Positions 1 through 9,730 of a stretch of DNA of 64,000 nt are shown piece after piece. Made by a program: the position numbers and the translations under genes. Below the pieces are notes generated by a model. That model made no database searches and was not told the origin of the DNA. It saw nothing but the letters and a program-made list of their open reading frames with translations. Each line of letters opens with the position of its first letter. Position 1 is the first letter of the stretch. This DNA is from Bacteroidota bacterium (GTDB lineage: Bacteria; Bacteroidota; Bacteroidia; UBA7662; CANHCV01): the NCBI GenBank assembly GCA_947501265.1, contig CANMVY010000002.1, forward strand, positions 226,859 through 290,858. The letters run 5' to 3'.

Positions 1-145
1 TTCCTTAACTTCAAACGACTTTTTTCGAAGGCTATCTGTTGATGACTTTTTTTTTGTCGTTGTCGTTCTTCCCCGTCCATCTTCGAAATCTTGCGAAAAC
101 AAGGATGAAGAAAACAGGAGGAAAAATGCGGTTAGAAGGGAAAAT

Positions 146-1570
146 TTAATGCAATTCATACACATCATTTTTTGAAGGAATTTCAATGGATGAAAATCCG
201 ATTTCTTTTAAGGACGCAGATAATTGTTCCATGGAGGGCTCTTCACCGTGAACCAGGAAAACTTGTTTTAACTCTTGTGAATTTTGATGTTGAACAAAAC
301 GAATCAAATCGGCTTGATCACCGTGTCCTGAAAACAGACTGGTAGAAAGGATTCGAGCGCGAACTTGGTACGTTTTCTTGTCAAAATGAAGCTCTTTCGG
401 TTGTTCGCGCAACTTTGCTCCCAACGTTCCCGGAGAGGCAAAGCCCACCATTAAAATGGTCGCATTCGGGTTTTCGATGTTTTTCCGAATGTGGGTTTGA
501 ATTCTTCCACCGTCCAACATCCCCGAGGCCGAAATGATGATGGCTGGCTCGTCGAACTGCGACAAAATTTTGCTTTGTTTTTCGTTTTCGATGTAAAAGA
601 GCTGATCGAAAATAAAAATTTCGCCATCCACTTTTTGTATCTCTCGGGCTTCTTTATTGAGGTAATTGTGCATTTGTTGGTATGCCTTGGTCGACTCTAA
701 GGAAAGGGGGCTATCCACAAAAACCTTGATTTCGGGAATGAGACCCAGGGTAACCATCTTTTTTATTTCAAAAAGTAAGGCCTGGGTTCGTCCAACTGAA
801 AATGCTGGGATGATCAATCGGCCGCCCTTCTCTACACATGTTTCTTTGATGATTTTGGAGAGGTAGCCCGTGTAATCTCTTCCGGGTTCGTGCATGCGGC
901 CTCCGTACGTTGACTCGGTTACGAGGTAATCTACGGCTTCCATGGGTTCTGGATCAACCAGGAGCGGGTAATAATCGCGACCAATATCTCCAGATAATCC
1001 GATTCGCGTTTCCGACCCGTCTTCTCGTTTAAGGTACATTACCACGTGTGCGGCTCCCAACAAGTGTCCGGCTGGGATAAACTTGATGGCTACGTTGGGG
1101 GCTATTTTATGGCGAACGTTGAAATTTAAAGTTGAAAATTGCTTCATGGTTTGCACCACTTGCGGTTCCAAGTAGAGTGATTCGTAGGCTTGTTTGTTCA
1201 AACCTGGCCCCCTCTTCCCTGCTCTCTTCCCTGATAATGAAGCAATTTTCTTTCGATTGATCCCTGCACAATCCATCAAAAGCAAGTGTGTGAGGTAATA
1301 CGTTGGTACCGTGGAAAAAATCTTTCCTTCAAAGCCCCATCGTTTTAATAGAGGCAAGTTCCCCGAGTGATCGATGTGGGCATGGGTTAAAACAACGGCG
1401 TGAATTTCAGAAGGATCGAAAGGAAACTCAACAGGAGACACGTTTTCTTTCTTCCGTTTCTCCATATCCATTCCACAATCTACCAATATTTTTACTCCAT
1501 CGTTCTCAACCAGAAATAAGGAACCTGTAACTTGTTTTGCAGCACCTAAAAATGAAATTGTTCTCTTCAT
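146..1570 (-). CDS. MBL-fold metallo-hydrolase of the beta-CASP RNA-metabolising type
   Basis: 474 aa ORF with the HAHIDHSG metallo-beta-lactamase motif and a C-terminal beta-CASP-like region. The N-terminal M is clean. Confidence 0.8.
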   Translation of the reverse strand: MKRTISFLGAAKQVTGSLFLVENDGVKILVDCGMDMEKRKKENVSPVEFPFDPSEIHAVVLTHAHIDHSGNLPLLKRWGFEGKIFSTVPTYYLTHLLLMDCAGINRKKIASLSGKRAGKRGPGLNKQAYESLYLEPQVVQTMKQFSTLNFNVRHKIAPNVAIKFIPAGHLLGAAHVVMYLKREDGSETRIGLSGDIGRDYYPLLVDPEPMEAVDYLVTESTYGGRMHEPGRDYTGYLSKIIKETCVEKGGRLIIPAFSVGRTQALLFEIKKMVTLGLIPEIKVFVDSPLSLESTKAYQQMHNYLNKEAREIQKVDGEIFIFDQLFYIENEKQSKILSQFDEPAIIISASGMLDGGRIQTHIRKNIENPNATILMVGFASPGTLGAKLREQPKELHFDKKTYQVRARILSTSLFSGHGDQADLIRFVQHQNSQELKQVFLVHGEEPSMEQLSASLKEIGFSSIEIPSKNDVYELH

Positions 1571-1602
1571 AAATTTTACGAAAATACAACCATTTTGGCA
1601 AG

Positions 1603-2166
1603 ATGTTGTTTGTAATTTTGATGATCATGAATAATCGAATTCACCGCTCGCGTTTTTTCAAGCAATCCTTCCAAAGTTGGAAACAAGCTGGTTTATTTCG
1701 AGCCTTGCTTTCCAAAATGGAATTTCGATACGTAAGTTTGTTGGAAGGGAATCCATACGAAATCGTTCATTCCGTTAGAAACGAAGAAATTCAATTTATT
1801 TTTGAATTCAACGATGTTTTTGGTCAAGGTGATTTTCTGCTTGAATACCTTTCTGAAATGGTAAAAAAAGAGGGTTTTTCCATTTACCAATCGCATACGT
1901 TCAAACAAGCATCCGAAAACTTTGGATTTGAATTGATGGAACGAATGGTTTTAAATCGTTCAAAATGGAAATGGATTCCTTGGATCGCCTTTAAAGATGC
2001 CGAAACGTTAATCTTTACGCTTTCAGTTGGACATCAAAATGGACGTTTAAGCATCAAACATCAATCGAAGGTGAAGAATCCTCGATTTAAAAACGCCCTC
2101 AATGCGGTGGCTTGGTTGTTGGAAAAACAATCGGCTAAAGCCTCAAAATTTCGTTTTGTAAAATGA
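1603..2166 (+). CDS. hypothetical protein (start uncertain; an internal Met near 1714 may be the true start)
   Basis: 187 aa ORF with no motif I recognise. It ends immediately before a bidirectional terminator. Confidence 0.4.
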   Translation: MLFVILMIMNNRIHRSRFFKQSFQSWKQAGLFRALLSKMEFRYVSLLEGNPYEIVHSVRNEEIQFIFEFNDVFGQGDFLLEYLSEMVKKEGFSIYQSHTFKQASENFGFELMERMVLNRSKWKWIPWIAFKDAETLIFTLSVGHQNGRLSIKHQSKVKNPRFKNALNAVAWLLEKQSAKASKFRFVK

Positions 2167-2167
2167 A

Positions 2168-2203
2168 AAAGCCCCCCGAAAAAATTCGGAGGGCTTTTTT
2201 TAT
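2168..2203. terminator. bidirectional rho-independent terminator between convergent genes
   Basis: GC hairpin gccccccg...cggagggc flanked by an A-run on one side and a T-run on the other. It sits between the stop codons of the 1603..2166 (+) and 2203..3726 (-) ORFs. Confidence 0.6.
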
Positions 2204-3726
2204 TATTTAACCTCTTGCATCAGCTTCCTTATGATAGGCGAAATTGCTATTAATACAACTCCAGCAATAATTGCATACAAACCAAATTGTTTATAACCTT
2301 CTGTGTAAGTATTCAACTTGTCTAAGTTTGAAGCATTTTGAACATCAGAAACGATACTTGCACCGAATAAACCCGCAACATATTGTCCATAAGCACTGGC
2401 TAAGAACCACATGCCCATCATTAATCCTTGTAATTTTTTGGGAGAAAGTTTGGTCATAATTGAAAGACCAATTGGTGACAAACAAAGTTCACCCAACGTT
2501 ACAATAAAATATGCTAGTGTAAACATATCTAAGGAAGTCATTCCTTGGATATCAGCAAAAAATCGAGTCGCAAAAAAAGTGTAAAAGGAGAGTCCTAAAA
2601 ACAAAAAAGCGACACCAAATTTCACAACGGTGTTTGGTTCAATTTTCTTCTTCGCCATCGCCAGCCAAATCAACCCAATAATCGGAGCAAAAATGATGAC
2701 AAATAAAGAATTGGCTGCGTTGTTCACACCGTTAGGATCGAGCGTAAAAGCTCCCAAGAGCTGATCATGAACGTGATTGGCAGCGAAAATACTTAATGAT
2801 CCACCGGCTTGTTCGAAAATAGCCCAAAAGACCACTGAAAACAAAATAAAACACAAGGCTGCAATGAGCTTTTTATTTTCATTGATGGTAGTAGATCTCA
2901 TTTCCCACAACAAGTACAGCAAACTGAATGGCCCAATGAAATACATAAACCAATCGGTGTATTCGGTATTGGCAACCATTTTCATGATCAAGGGAATGGC
3001 AAGGAGAGACCCAGCGAAAACAGAAATTTCAGCAATTCCCTTCTTCTTGGGTGTTCCATCAGCGTGGGTTCTTACGGGAGGCAAGCCGATGGGTCCTAAT
3101 GATTTTCTTGTGAAAACAAACGTAATAAGGCTAATAGTCATCAAAACAGACACAACACCGAAAGCCATGTTCCAGCGTAAATCGGCTGGAATGCTGTTTT
3201 CCATGAACGTACCTTTTCCGATTGCGATACAAAAATATCCTCCTAAAAGTGCACCAATATTGATTCCTGAATAGAATAAGGAAAAACCGGCATCTCTGCG
3301 TTCGTCTCCATCGCGGTACAAAGCACCCACCATGGTAGAAATATTGGGTTTAAAAAATCCAGAACCTACAATATTGAAGCTAATTCCTAGGAAAAAGAAT
3401 TTTTCCGGATCAATCGCAAGGATAACACTCCCCAATACCATCAAAATTCCACCCCAAAACAGCGACCGTTGAAATCCTAAGATTTTGTCAGCAAAGAGCC
3501 CACCAATAAACGTAAAAGCATATACAAACGCCTGAGTAGCACCGTATTGAAGGTTGGCTACTTTATCGTCCATAAACAGCTGGTTGATCATGAAAAAGGT
3601 TAACATTCCACGCATTCCATAGAAGCTGAAACGTTCCCACATTTCACTAAAAAACAAGTACCACAATTGCTTGGGGTACTTGCCTTTAAAATTTTGAATA
3701 TCGGCTAATGCCTGATTTGATTCCAC
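2203..3726 (-). CDS. proton-dependent oligopeptide transporter (POT/PTR2 family MFS)
   Basis: 507 aa polytopic protein with the N-terminal EMWERFSFYGMR signature typical of DtpT-like peptide permeases. Confidence 0.85.
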   Translation of the reverse strand: MESNQALADIQNFKGKYPKQLWYLFFSEMWERFSFYGMRGMLTFFMINQLFMDDKVANLQYGATQAFVYAFTFIGGLFADKILGFQRSLFWGGILMVLGSVILAIDPEKFFFLGISFNIVGSGFFKPNISTMVGALYRDGDERRDAGFSLFYSGINIGALLGGYFCIAIGKGTFMENSIPADLRWNMAFGVVSVLMTISLITFVFTRKSLGPIGLPPVRTHADGTPKKKGIAEISVFAGSLLAIPLIMKMVANTEYTDWFMYFIGPFSLLYLLWEMRSTTINENKKLIAALCFILFSVVFWAIFEQAGGSLSIFAANHVHDQLLGAFTLDPNGVNNAANSLFVIIFAPIIGLIWLAMAKKKIEPNTVVKFGVAFLFLGLSFYTFFATRFFADIQGMTSLDMFTLAYFIVTLGELCLSPIGLSIMTKLSPKKLQGLMMGMWFLASAYGQYVAGLFGASIVSDVQNASNLDKLNTYTEGYKQFGLYAIIAGVVLIAISPIIRKLMQEVK

Positions 3727-3741
3727 TATTTTGCGATTAGA

Positions 3742-5457
3742 TTATTGAACGTTGTTTTCTTTCATTACGCTATTCAACCACTTCAACATAAAGAACAACA
3801 ACATTGCAGCGCCCAAAACCAAGCCGAAGTTTAGGTAAAAGAAATCTTTTTTATCATCCATGCCTTCCCACAAACTGGAAAGCATACCGGAAAGTTTATT
3901 TCCAACTGAAATAGCTAAGAAATAACCACCCATCATCAAAGCAGTAATACGCGGTGGAGAAAGTTTAGAAACCAAAGAGAGGCCCATTGGAGACAAACAA
4001 AGTTCACCAATGGTAATTACACCATACGATGCAATGAGCCACAAAGAACTCGCTTTGGTTGATAAGTCGTGGCTGGCAGAAACCGCACCAACCATTACCA
4101 ACGCTGAAAGAGCTGTAATGATCAAACCGATTGCAATTTTCGTTGGGGTACTTGGCTCTTTCTTTTTTCGAGCTAACCATCCAAAAATACCCACAACTAC
4201 CGGAGTCAAGACAACTACCCAAAATGGGTTGATTGATTGATACAATTCTGTAGAATATAATTTCAAATTAGATCCATTGGCAGGGATTTGATCCTTGGGC
4301 AAAGTCTCAAAATATTTACGAGATTTTTCCAGTTGGCCTACTTGGTTACTGAATTCGCCTTTTGCTTTAATTTCTTCAACGGAAACGGCTGGCATGACTT
4401 CTTCTTGAGCGCGCATTTTTCCAATTTCTGCATCAAAAGTAGCTTGATCAGCAGATACCAAATCATTGTTTACAACCACCTGAGCCATTCCCATTTTGTC
4501 GGCAACTTGAGCAACACCTTCCGACATTTTTCGATCGGTATGATCTTCAGCCCAAACGGTTAGGGCGTCTCCATTTTGATGAAAAATAGCGAAGAATAAA
4601 ATAACGCAAGTAAATACAGCTAGAAGTGCTTTAATGGCACGGCTTTCTTTAACTTCTGATTTGAAAGCCAAATAAATAAAGAAACCGATTACGGGTAAAC
4701 AACCAATGATAAATGCATCATTGGTATCTGAACCCAAGAAATTTCCTGGAAGAGCATAACCAATGGCACCAAACACAAACATGGGTAAAACGGTCATCAT
4801 CAAAATACGACCGGTAGACATATCACCATCCTTGGTTGGTTTTACGATATCTACATGTTTGATGTGTTTTGAACCGGAGATAAAAACAAGTACTCCAATA
4901 ATCATTCCCACACCTGCGGCTGCGAAAGCGAATCCCCATCCGTAGTTGATACGCATGTAGGCAGCAACGAAATTGCAGATAAATGCACCTAGGTTAATTC
5001 CCATGTAGAAAATGTTGAAACCCGCGTCTTTTTTATCTTTTAAATCATCGCCACTGTAAAGGTTTCCAACCAAAGTAGAAATATTTGGTTTGAAAAATCC
5101 ATTTCCCAGAATAATTAACAACAGGGCAATGTAAAAGGTGGTGTTGCTATGAACAGCCAATAAGAAATAACCAGCTGCCATCATCAAACCACCGGAAATA
5201 ATTGACCTGCGGTAACCCAAAATTCGGTCGGCCAATAATCCGCCAATAAATGGAGTTAAATACACCAAACCGAGATAGGTTCCATAGATGTCAGATTTTT
5301 TACCGGGGCTAAATCCCATTCCTCCGTTATTCCATCCATCAAGCATGTACAAGGAGAAAATTCCCAACATCAAATAATAACCGAAACGTTCCCACATTTC
5401 CGTTAGAAACAGTACCCATAGTCCTTTGGGGTGCGATTTTGAGTTTGTGTTTACCAT
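3742..5457 (-). CDS. POT family peptide transporter, paralogue with an inserted soluble domain of about 110 aa
   Basis: 571 aa with an EMWERFGYY signature. A hydrophilic block (TVWAEDHTDRK...YSTELYQS) interrupts the C-terminal half of the transmembrane bundle. Confidence 0.85.
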   Translation of the reverse strand: MVNTNSKSHPKGLWVLFLTEMWERFGYYLMLGIFSLYMLDGWNNGGMGFSPGKKSDIYGTYLGLVYLTPFIGGLLADRILGYRRSIISGGLMMAAGYFLLAVHSNTTFYIALLLIILGNGFFKPNISTLVGNLYSGDDLKDKKDAGFNIFYMGINLGAFICNFVAAYMRINYGWGFAFAAAGVGMIIGVLVFISGSKHIKHVDIVKPTKDGDMSTGRILMMTVLPMFVFGAIGYALPGNFLGSDTNDAFIIGCLPVIGFFIYLAFKSEVKESRAIKALLAVFTCVILFFAIFHQNGDALTVWAEDHTDRKMSEGVAQVADKMGMAQVVVNNDLVSADQATFDAEIGKMRAQEEVMPAVSVEEIKAKGEFSNQVGQLEKSRKYFETLPKDQIPANGSNLKLYSTELYQSINPFWVVVLTPVVVGIFGWLARKKKEPSTPTKIAIGLIITALSALVMVGAVSASHDLSTKASSLWLIASYGVITIGELCLSPMGLSLVSKLSPPRITALMMGGYFLAISVGNKLSGMLSSLWEGMDDKKDFFYLNFGLVLGAAMLLFFMLKWLNSVMKENNVQ

Positions 5458-5542
5458 AGTTTAGTTTTTCATGATTAAGCAAAATGAATTGCCCGAATTG
5501 GTTTTAAAAGTCCAAGATAGTACTTTTTGCGGTTTCTTTAAA

Positions 5543-6400
5543 TCACTGTTTTTCCACCACGGTGTAACCCGCTTCTCGAAGTAAAGCCACTAAACCATGA
5601 GAGCCACCGAGATGGCCGGCCCCAACTGCGATGAAAACCGACTTCTTTTTCATCAGGGCCGGAAGCGTTTTCATCCAATTGCGGTTGCGCTGAAACAGCA
5701 TTTTTTCTAAGTCCATCTTGATTTCATCCGATTGCTCGATGAACTTCGCTATGGAATCAATGTTACCCTGGGCGAAAACCGTTTGCAGTTCATCCCAATC
5801 TTGTTGGGCCTTCTTTCTATTCGTTCCCATTTCCCAAAGTGATCGCACAGCTTCCGAATCGGGCATGGAGAACAGAATGTTGGCTTGCTCGGAAGCCGTT
5901 TCTAATCCAATAACCCGAATTTTGAGGGAATCGGCAACTTCCATCAAAATGGTTTCCGAGCCTTTGGGTTTGGAACATGGAAGAAGTTTTGCGGCCAATA
6001 GCGACGTCGTCATCATGGGATGAAAGCGTTCCAAGGCCGCAACATCCAACTGATACTGTTGTTGAACTTCCTTTTTAAATTCAAAATACCGAGCTCCCAT
6101 CAATCGATCCAGCGAACGCTCTTTCGGAACAATGGCTTTGGTAGTGATTTTTATTTGTTCCGACACTTTTTTCAAGTTCATCTCCAAAACCAATGCCTCC
6201 GTTTTCAACAAATAAGATCTGAAATTAGCCGGCACCAATTTTGATTCCTCGCATCCCAAATGCATGGTTCCCATTAAATAGGATGTCGTTTTTAATCCGT
6301 TTCCCGATATTTCAAAAATGGGGGTTTGCGCTTTTCCTAGGAAGGAAACAAAAAGAGCGAAGAATAACTCCTTCGCTCTTTTAAAGAAAATCGATTTCAT
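5543..6400 (-). CDS. TraB/GumN family protein with a secretion signal
   Basis: 285 aa with an N-terminal signal-like hydrophobic segment and the C-terminal AVGAGHLGG motif characteristic of TraB/GumN. Confidence 0.65.
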   Translation of the reverse strand: MKSIFFKRAKELFFALFVSFLGKAQTPIFEISGNGLKTTSYLMGTMHLGCEESKLVPANFRSYLLKTEALVLEMNLKKVSEQIKITTKAIVPKERSLDRLMGARYFEFKKEVQQQYQLDVAALERFHPMMTTSLLAAKLLPCSKPKGSETILMEVADSLKIRVIGLETASEQANILFSMPDSEAVRSLWEMGTNRKKAQQDWDELQTVFAQGNIDSIAKFIEQSDEIKMDLEKMLFQRNRNWMKTLPALMKKKSVFIAVGAGHLGGSHGLVALLREAGYTVVEKQ

Positions 6401-7578
6401 TAACGGAAAGCGGAAATTCCAGTGATATCCATTCCGGTAATCAACAAGTGAATGTCGTGCGTTCCTTCGTAAGTAACCACCGATTCCAAGTTCATCATAT
6501 GACGCATAATCGGGTACTCACCGGTAATTCCCATTCCGCCGTGAATTTGGCGAGCTTCGCGAGCGATCCACATGGCTTTTTCCACGTTATTGCGCTTAGC
6601 CATGGAAATTTGTGCCGTTGATGCACGGTCATCGTTTTTCAAGGTACCAAGACGCCAAACCAACAATTGCATTTTGGTAATTTCGGTCACCATTTCGGCC
6701 AATTTCTTCTGTTGCAATTGGAAAGAAGCAATGGGCTTTCCGAACTGTTCGCGCTGCAAAGAGTATTTCAAAGCGCTATCGTAACAATCCATAGCCGCTC
6801 CAACAACGCCCCAAGCGATTCCGAAACGAGCAGAATCCAAGCAGCCCAAAGGACCTTTCAATCCTTCAATGTTGGGCAGAAGATTTTCCTTTGGAACCTT
6901 CACGTTATCAAACACCAATTCTCCAGTAGCGGAGGCGCGAAGCGACCATTTGTTGTGGGTTTCTGGCGTTGAAAAGCCTTCCATTCCACGCTCAACAATA
7001 ATTCCTTTGATGCGACCTTCTTCATTTTTTGCCCAAACTACGGCGATATCTGCAAAAGGTGCGTTTGAAATCCACATTTTAGCACCATTAAGCAAATAAT
7101 GATCTCCCATGTCTTTGTAGTTGGTGGTCATGCCACCAGGATTTGAACCGTGGTCGGGTTCGGTAAGTCCGAAACAACCCATCCATTCTCCGGAAGCAAG
7201 TTTAGGAAGATACTTTTTGCGTTGTTCTTCAGAACCGTATTTGTAGATGGGATACATCACCAAAGAACCTTGAACTGAAGCGGTTGAACGAATGCCGGAG
7301 TCGCATCTTTCCAACTCTTGCATGATCAATCCGTAAGTAATTTGATCCATTCCACCGCAACCGTATTCGGCAGGTAGAGCAGGTCCAAATGCACCAATTT
7401 CTCCTAATCCCTTGATGATGTGACGAGGAAACTCTGCGCGCTGGGCGTAGTCTTCGATGATGGGAGAAATTTCTTTTTTTACCCAAGCCCGAACAGAATC
7501 GCGAATCAACTTATGTTCATCGGTTAACAGTTCGTCCAACAAGTAATAATCGGGTGCTTCGAAATTATCGGTTCTCAT
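6400..7578 (-). CDS. acyl-CoA dehydrogenase (glutaryl-CoA dehydrogenase-like)
   Basis: ACAD fold throughout, including the YEGT...GGMG C-terminal region. The ORF-track start at 7611 is probably an over-extension; Met12 (MRTDNF...) fits better. Confidence 0.85.
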   Translation of the reverse strand: MRTDNFEAPDYYLLDELLTDEHKLIRDSVRAWVKKEISPIIEDYAQRAEFPRHIIKGLGEIGAFGPALPAEYGCGGMDQITYGLIMQELERCDSGIRSTASVQGSLVMYPIYKYGSEEQRKKYLPKLASGEWMGCFGLTEPDHGSNPGGMTTNYKDMGDHYLLNGAKMWISNAPFADIAVVWAKNEEGRIKGIIVERGMEGFSTPETHNKWSLRASATGELVFDNVKVPKENLLPNIEGLKGPLGCLDSARFGIAWGVVGAAMDCYDSALKYSLQREQFGKPIASFQLQQKKLAEMVTEITKMQLLVWRLGTLKNDDRASTAQISMAKRNNVEKAMWIAREARQIHGGMGITGEYPIMRHMMNLESVVTYEGTHDIHLLITGMDITGISAFR

Positions 7579-7642
7579 AATGAAAAGTTTTTGCAAAAAT
7601 AAAACGCACAATTGGCTTTTTGGTTCTTAAAAATCAAGAACT

Positions 7643-8005
7643 TTGAACATGAAAAAAACAGAATCGGTCTTGAGGGTCAAAGGACTTCGTTTTTTTGCCT
7701 TTCATGGTTTCTACCCTGAAGAGCAGAAATGTGGTGGATGGTTTGAGGTAGATGTTGATTTTTCTTTACCCATTGCCAACAGCATTAACGACGAATTAAC
7801 CTCTAGCATCAATTACGAAAGCATTTCTGCGATTACAAAAAGCCACATGGCTGTTCCTAAAAAAACCATTGAGGAAGTGGCTTTTTCCATCAAAAACTCC
7901 TATTTATCTCAATTCCTTCTTCTCCCCCAACAAGTTTTCGTAACCGTTCGTAAATTGCGACCAGCCATTCAAGGAATAGTAACAACAACTGAATTTACTG
8001 CATGA
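7643..8005 (+). CDS. folB: dihydroneopterin aldolase
   Basis: 120 aa with VKGLRFFAFHGFYPEEQ..GGWFEVDV, the pattern typical of FolB. Confidence 0.75.
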   Translation: MNMKKTESVLRVKGLRFFAFHGFYPEEQKCGGWFEVDVDFSLPIANSINDELTSSINYESISAITKSHMAVPKKTIEEVAFSIKNSYLSQFLLLPQQVFVTVRKLRPAIQGIVTTTEFTA

Positions 8006-8985
8006 ACCGCAAATCCTTTATCAAACTAGCCGGAATCGCTGGAGCCGGAATCGTTTCCAATTCCATTCCTCTTTTTGGGGAAAACAAAAAAAAGACCTCC
8101 AAATCCAATCATTCTTTTCCCATCGTGATTTCCACCTGGAACATGGGATTGGGTGCTAATGAAGGAGCTTGGAAAGTTCTCTCTTCCGGTGGAGATGCGC
8201 TTACAGCAGTAGAACAAGGCGTATGGATCCCAGAAGCCGATCCGAAAGAAATGACGGTGGGTTTGGGCGGATTCCCCGATCGGGAAGGCAGAGTTACCTT
8301 GGATGCATGTGTCATGCGGGGCGATGGCGCTTGCGGTGCCGTGCTCGCTTTGGAAAATATTGTTCATCCGGTTTCCGTAGCTCGGGCAGTAATGGAGAAA
8401 ACCCCGCACGTTATTCTTACTGGAGAAGGTGCATTTCAATTTGCTCTTCAACAAGGATTCAAAAAAGAAAACCTTCTTACTCCAGAATCGGAAAAAGCTT
8501 GGAAAGATTGGTTGAAAAAAAGCGAGTACAAACCCATCATCAACATTGAAAACCACGATACCATTGGCATGTTGGCCATTGACCAAGCTGGAAAATTGGC
8601 AGGCGCTTGTACTACGAGCGGCATGGCCTTCAAAATGAGAGGCCGCATTGGAGACTCGCCCATCATTGGATCCGGTTTATTTGTGGACGAAGAAGTGGGT
8701 GGCGCTACAGCAACCGGCCACGGAGAAGAAGTTATCCGCATTGCTGGAAGTCATTTGGTGGTAGAGTTAATGCGGCAAGGGAAATCTCCCGAAGCCGCTT
8801 GTAAAGAAGCCGTCGATCGGGTTTACAAACGACAAAAACATCGAATAAAAGACATTCAAGTTGGATTTATTGCCGTGAGTAAAGAAGGAGAATACGGCGC
8901 CTATTGCGTACACAAAGGATTTTCTTATGCGGTTAAAACGGCTCAAAAAACCGAACTTATCCCCGGTAAATACCTCATCGACTAA
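8002..8985 (+). CDS. N4-(beta-N-acetylglucosaminyl)-L-asparaginase / isoaspartyl peptidase (Ntn hydrolase)
   Basis: 327 aa with a signal/TAT-like N-terminus. The HDTIGMLAID...GACTTSG autoproteolytic Thr region is typical of glycosylasparaginases. Confidence 0.8.
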   Translation: MNRKSFIKLAGIAGAGIVSNSIPLFGENKKKTSKSNHSFPIVISTWNMGLGANEGAWKVLSSGGDALTAVEQGVWIPEADPKEMTVGLGGFPDREGRVTLDACVMRGDGACGAVLALENIVHPVSVARAVMEKTPHVILTGEGAFQFALQQGFKKENLLTPESEKAWKDWLKKSEYKPIINIENHDTIGMLAIDQAGKLAGACTTSGMAFKMRGRIGDSPIIGSGLFVDEEVGGATATGHGEEVIRIAGSHLVVELMRQGKSPEAACKEAVDRVYKRQKHRIKDIQVGFIAVSKEGEYGAYCVHKGFSYAVKTAQKTELIPGKYLID

Positions 8986-9728
8986 TGATTGAGTTAGAAA
9001 TTTGCTCCAACGGAATTCGAAGTACCCAACAAGCCGCTTTGGGAGGAGCAAATCGGGTGGAATTGTGCGATAATTTGGGGGAAGGTGGAACTACTCCTTC
9101 CATTGGAACGGTAGAAATTTGCGCGAAAATTCCAAAAATCGAAATTTGGCCCATTCTACGTCCTAGAGGAGGAGATTTTTTCTACCTATCTGAAGAAAAA
9201 GAAAGCATGCTTCGGGATGTTTTCTACCTCAAAAATTTACCCATTCAAGGAATTGTAACCGGTGCTTTGTTGAGCAATGGAGAATTGGACATTGCTTTTT
9301 TAAAAGATTTGATGAAAGAAGCAGAACAATTGCCTTGGGCCTTCCACCGCGCCATTGACATGACCAAAAATCCAATGGATGCACTTGAACATTTGGCAAA
9401 TTTAGGTTTCAAGCGGGTTTTAAGTTCTGGCGGATTCAATAAAGCAGAGGATGGAATCACTCAATTGAAAGAATTTCATGTTCAATTTGGCAAAAGGATT
9501 CAAATTATGCCTGGTAGTGGGATTGACGAAACAAATGTTGCTAAAATTCTTAAAGAAACAGGATGCAAGCACATTCATGTTTCCCTACGAACGTCTGAAA
9601 AAAGTGAAATGACCTTCCAAAAAGAAGGCGTATTCATGGGAAAACCCGATTTTGGAGGCGAGTATTCTTACCAAAGAACGGATTCCGAACGGGTGAAAAA
9701 TATTCTATCTTTGACAAAAAATATTTAA
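8985..9728 (+). CDS. cutC: copper homeostasis protein CutC
   Basis: 247 aa in the CutC family (ELCSNG...RVELC, PGSGI). Its start overlaps the upstream stop (TAATG). Confidence 0.8.
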   Translation: MIELEICSNGIRSTQQAALGGANRVELCDNLGEGGTTPSIGTVEICAKIPKIEIWPILRPRGGDFFYLSEEKESMLRDVFYLKNLPIQGIVTGALLSNGELDIAFLKDLMKEAEQLPWAFHRAIDMTKNPMDALEHLANLGFKRVLSSGGFNKAEDGITQLKEFHVQFGKRIQIMPGSGIDETNVAKILKETGCKHIHVSLRTSEKSEMTFQKEGVFMGKPDFGGEYSYQRTDSERVKNILSLTKNI

Positions 9729-9730
9729 AC

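Noticed and set aside
8026-8741. Several 60-190 aa ORFs on both strands inside the glycosylasparaginase gene
   Set aside because: They are nested or antisense to a well-supported CDS and have low-complexity Arg/Ser-rich translations, typical of spurious frames in GC-richer stretches.
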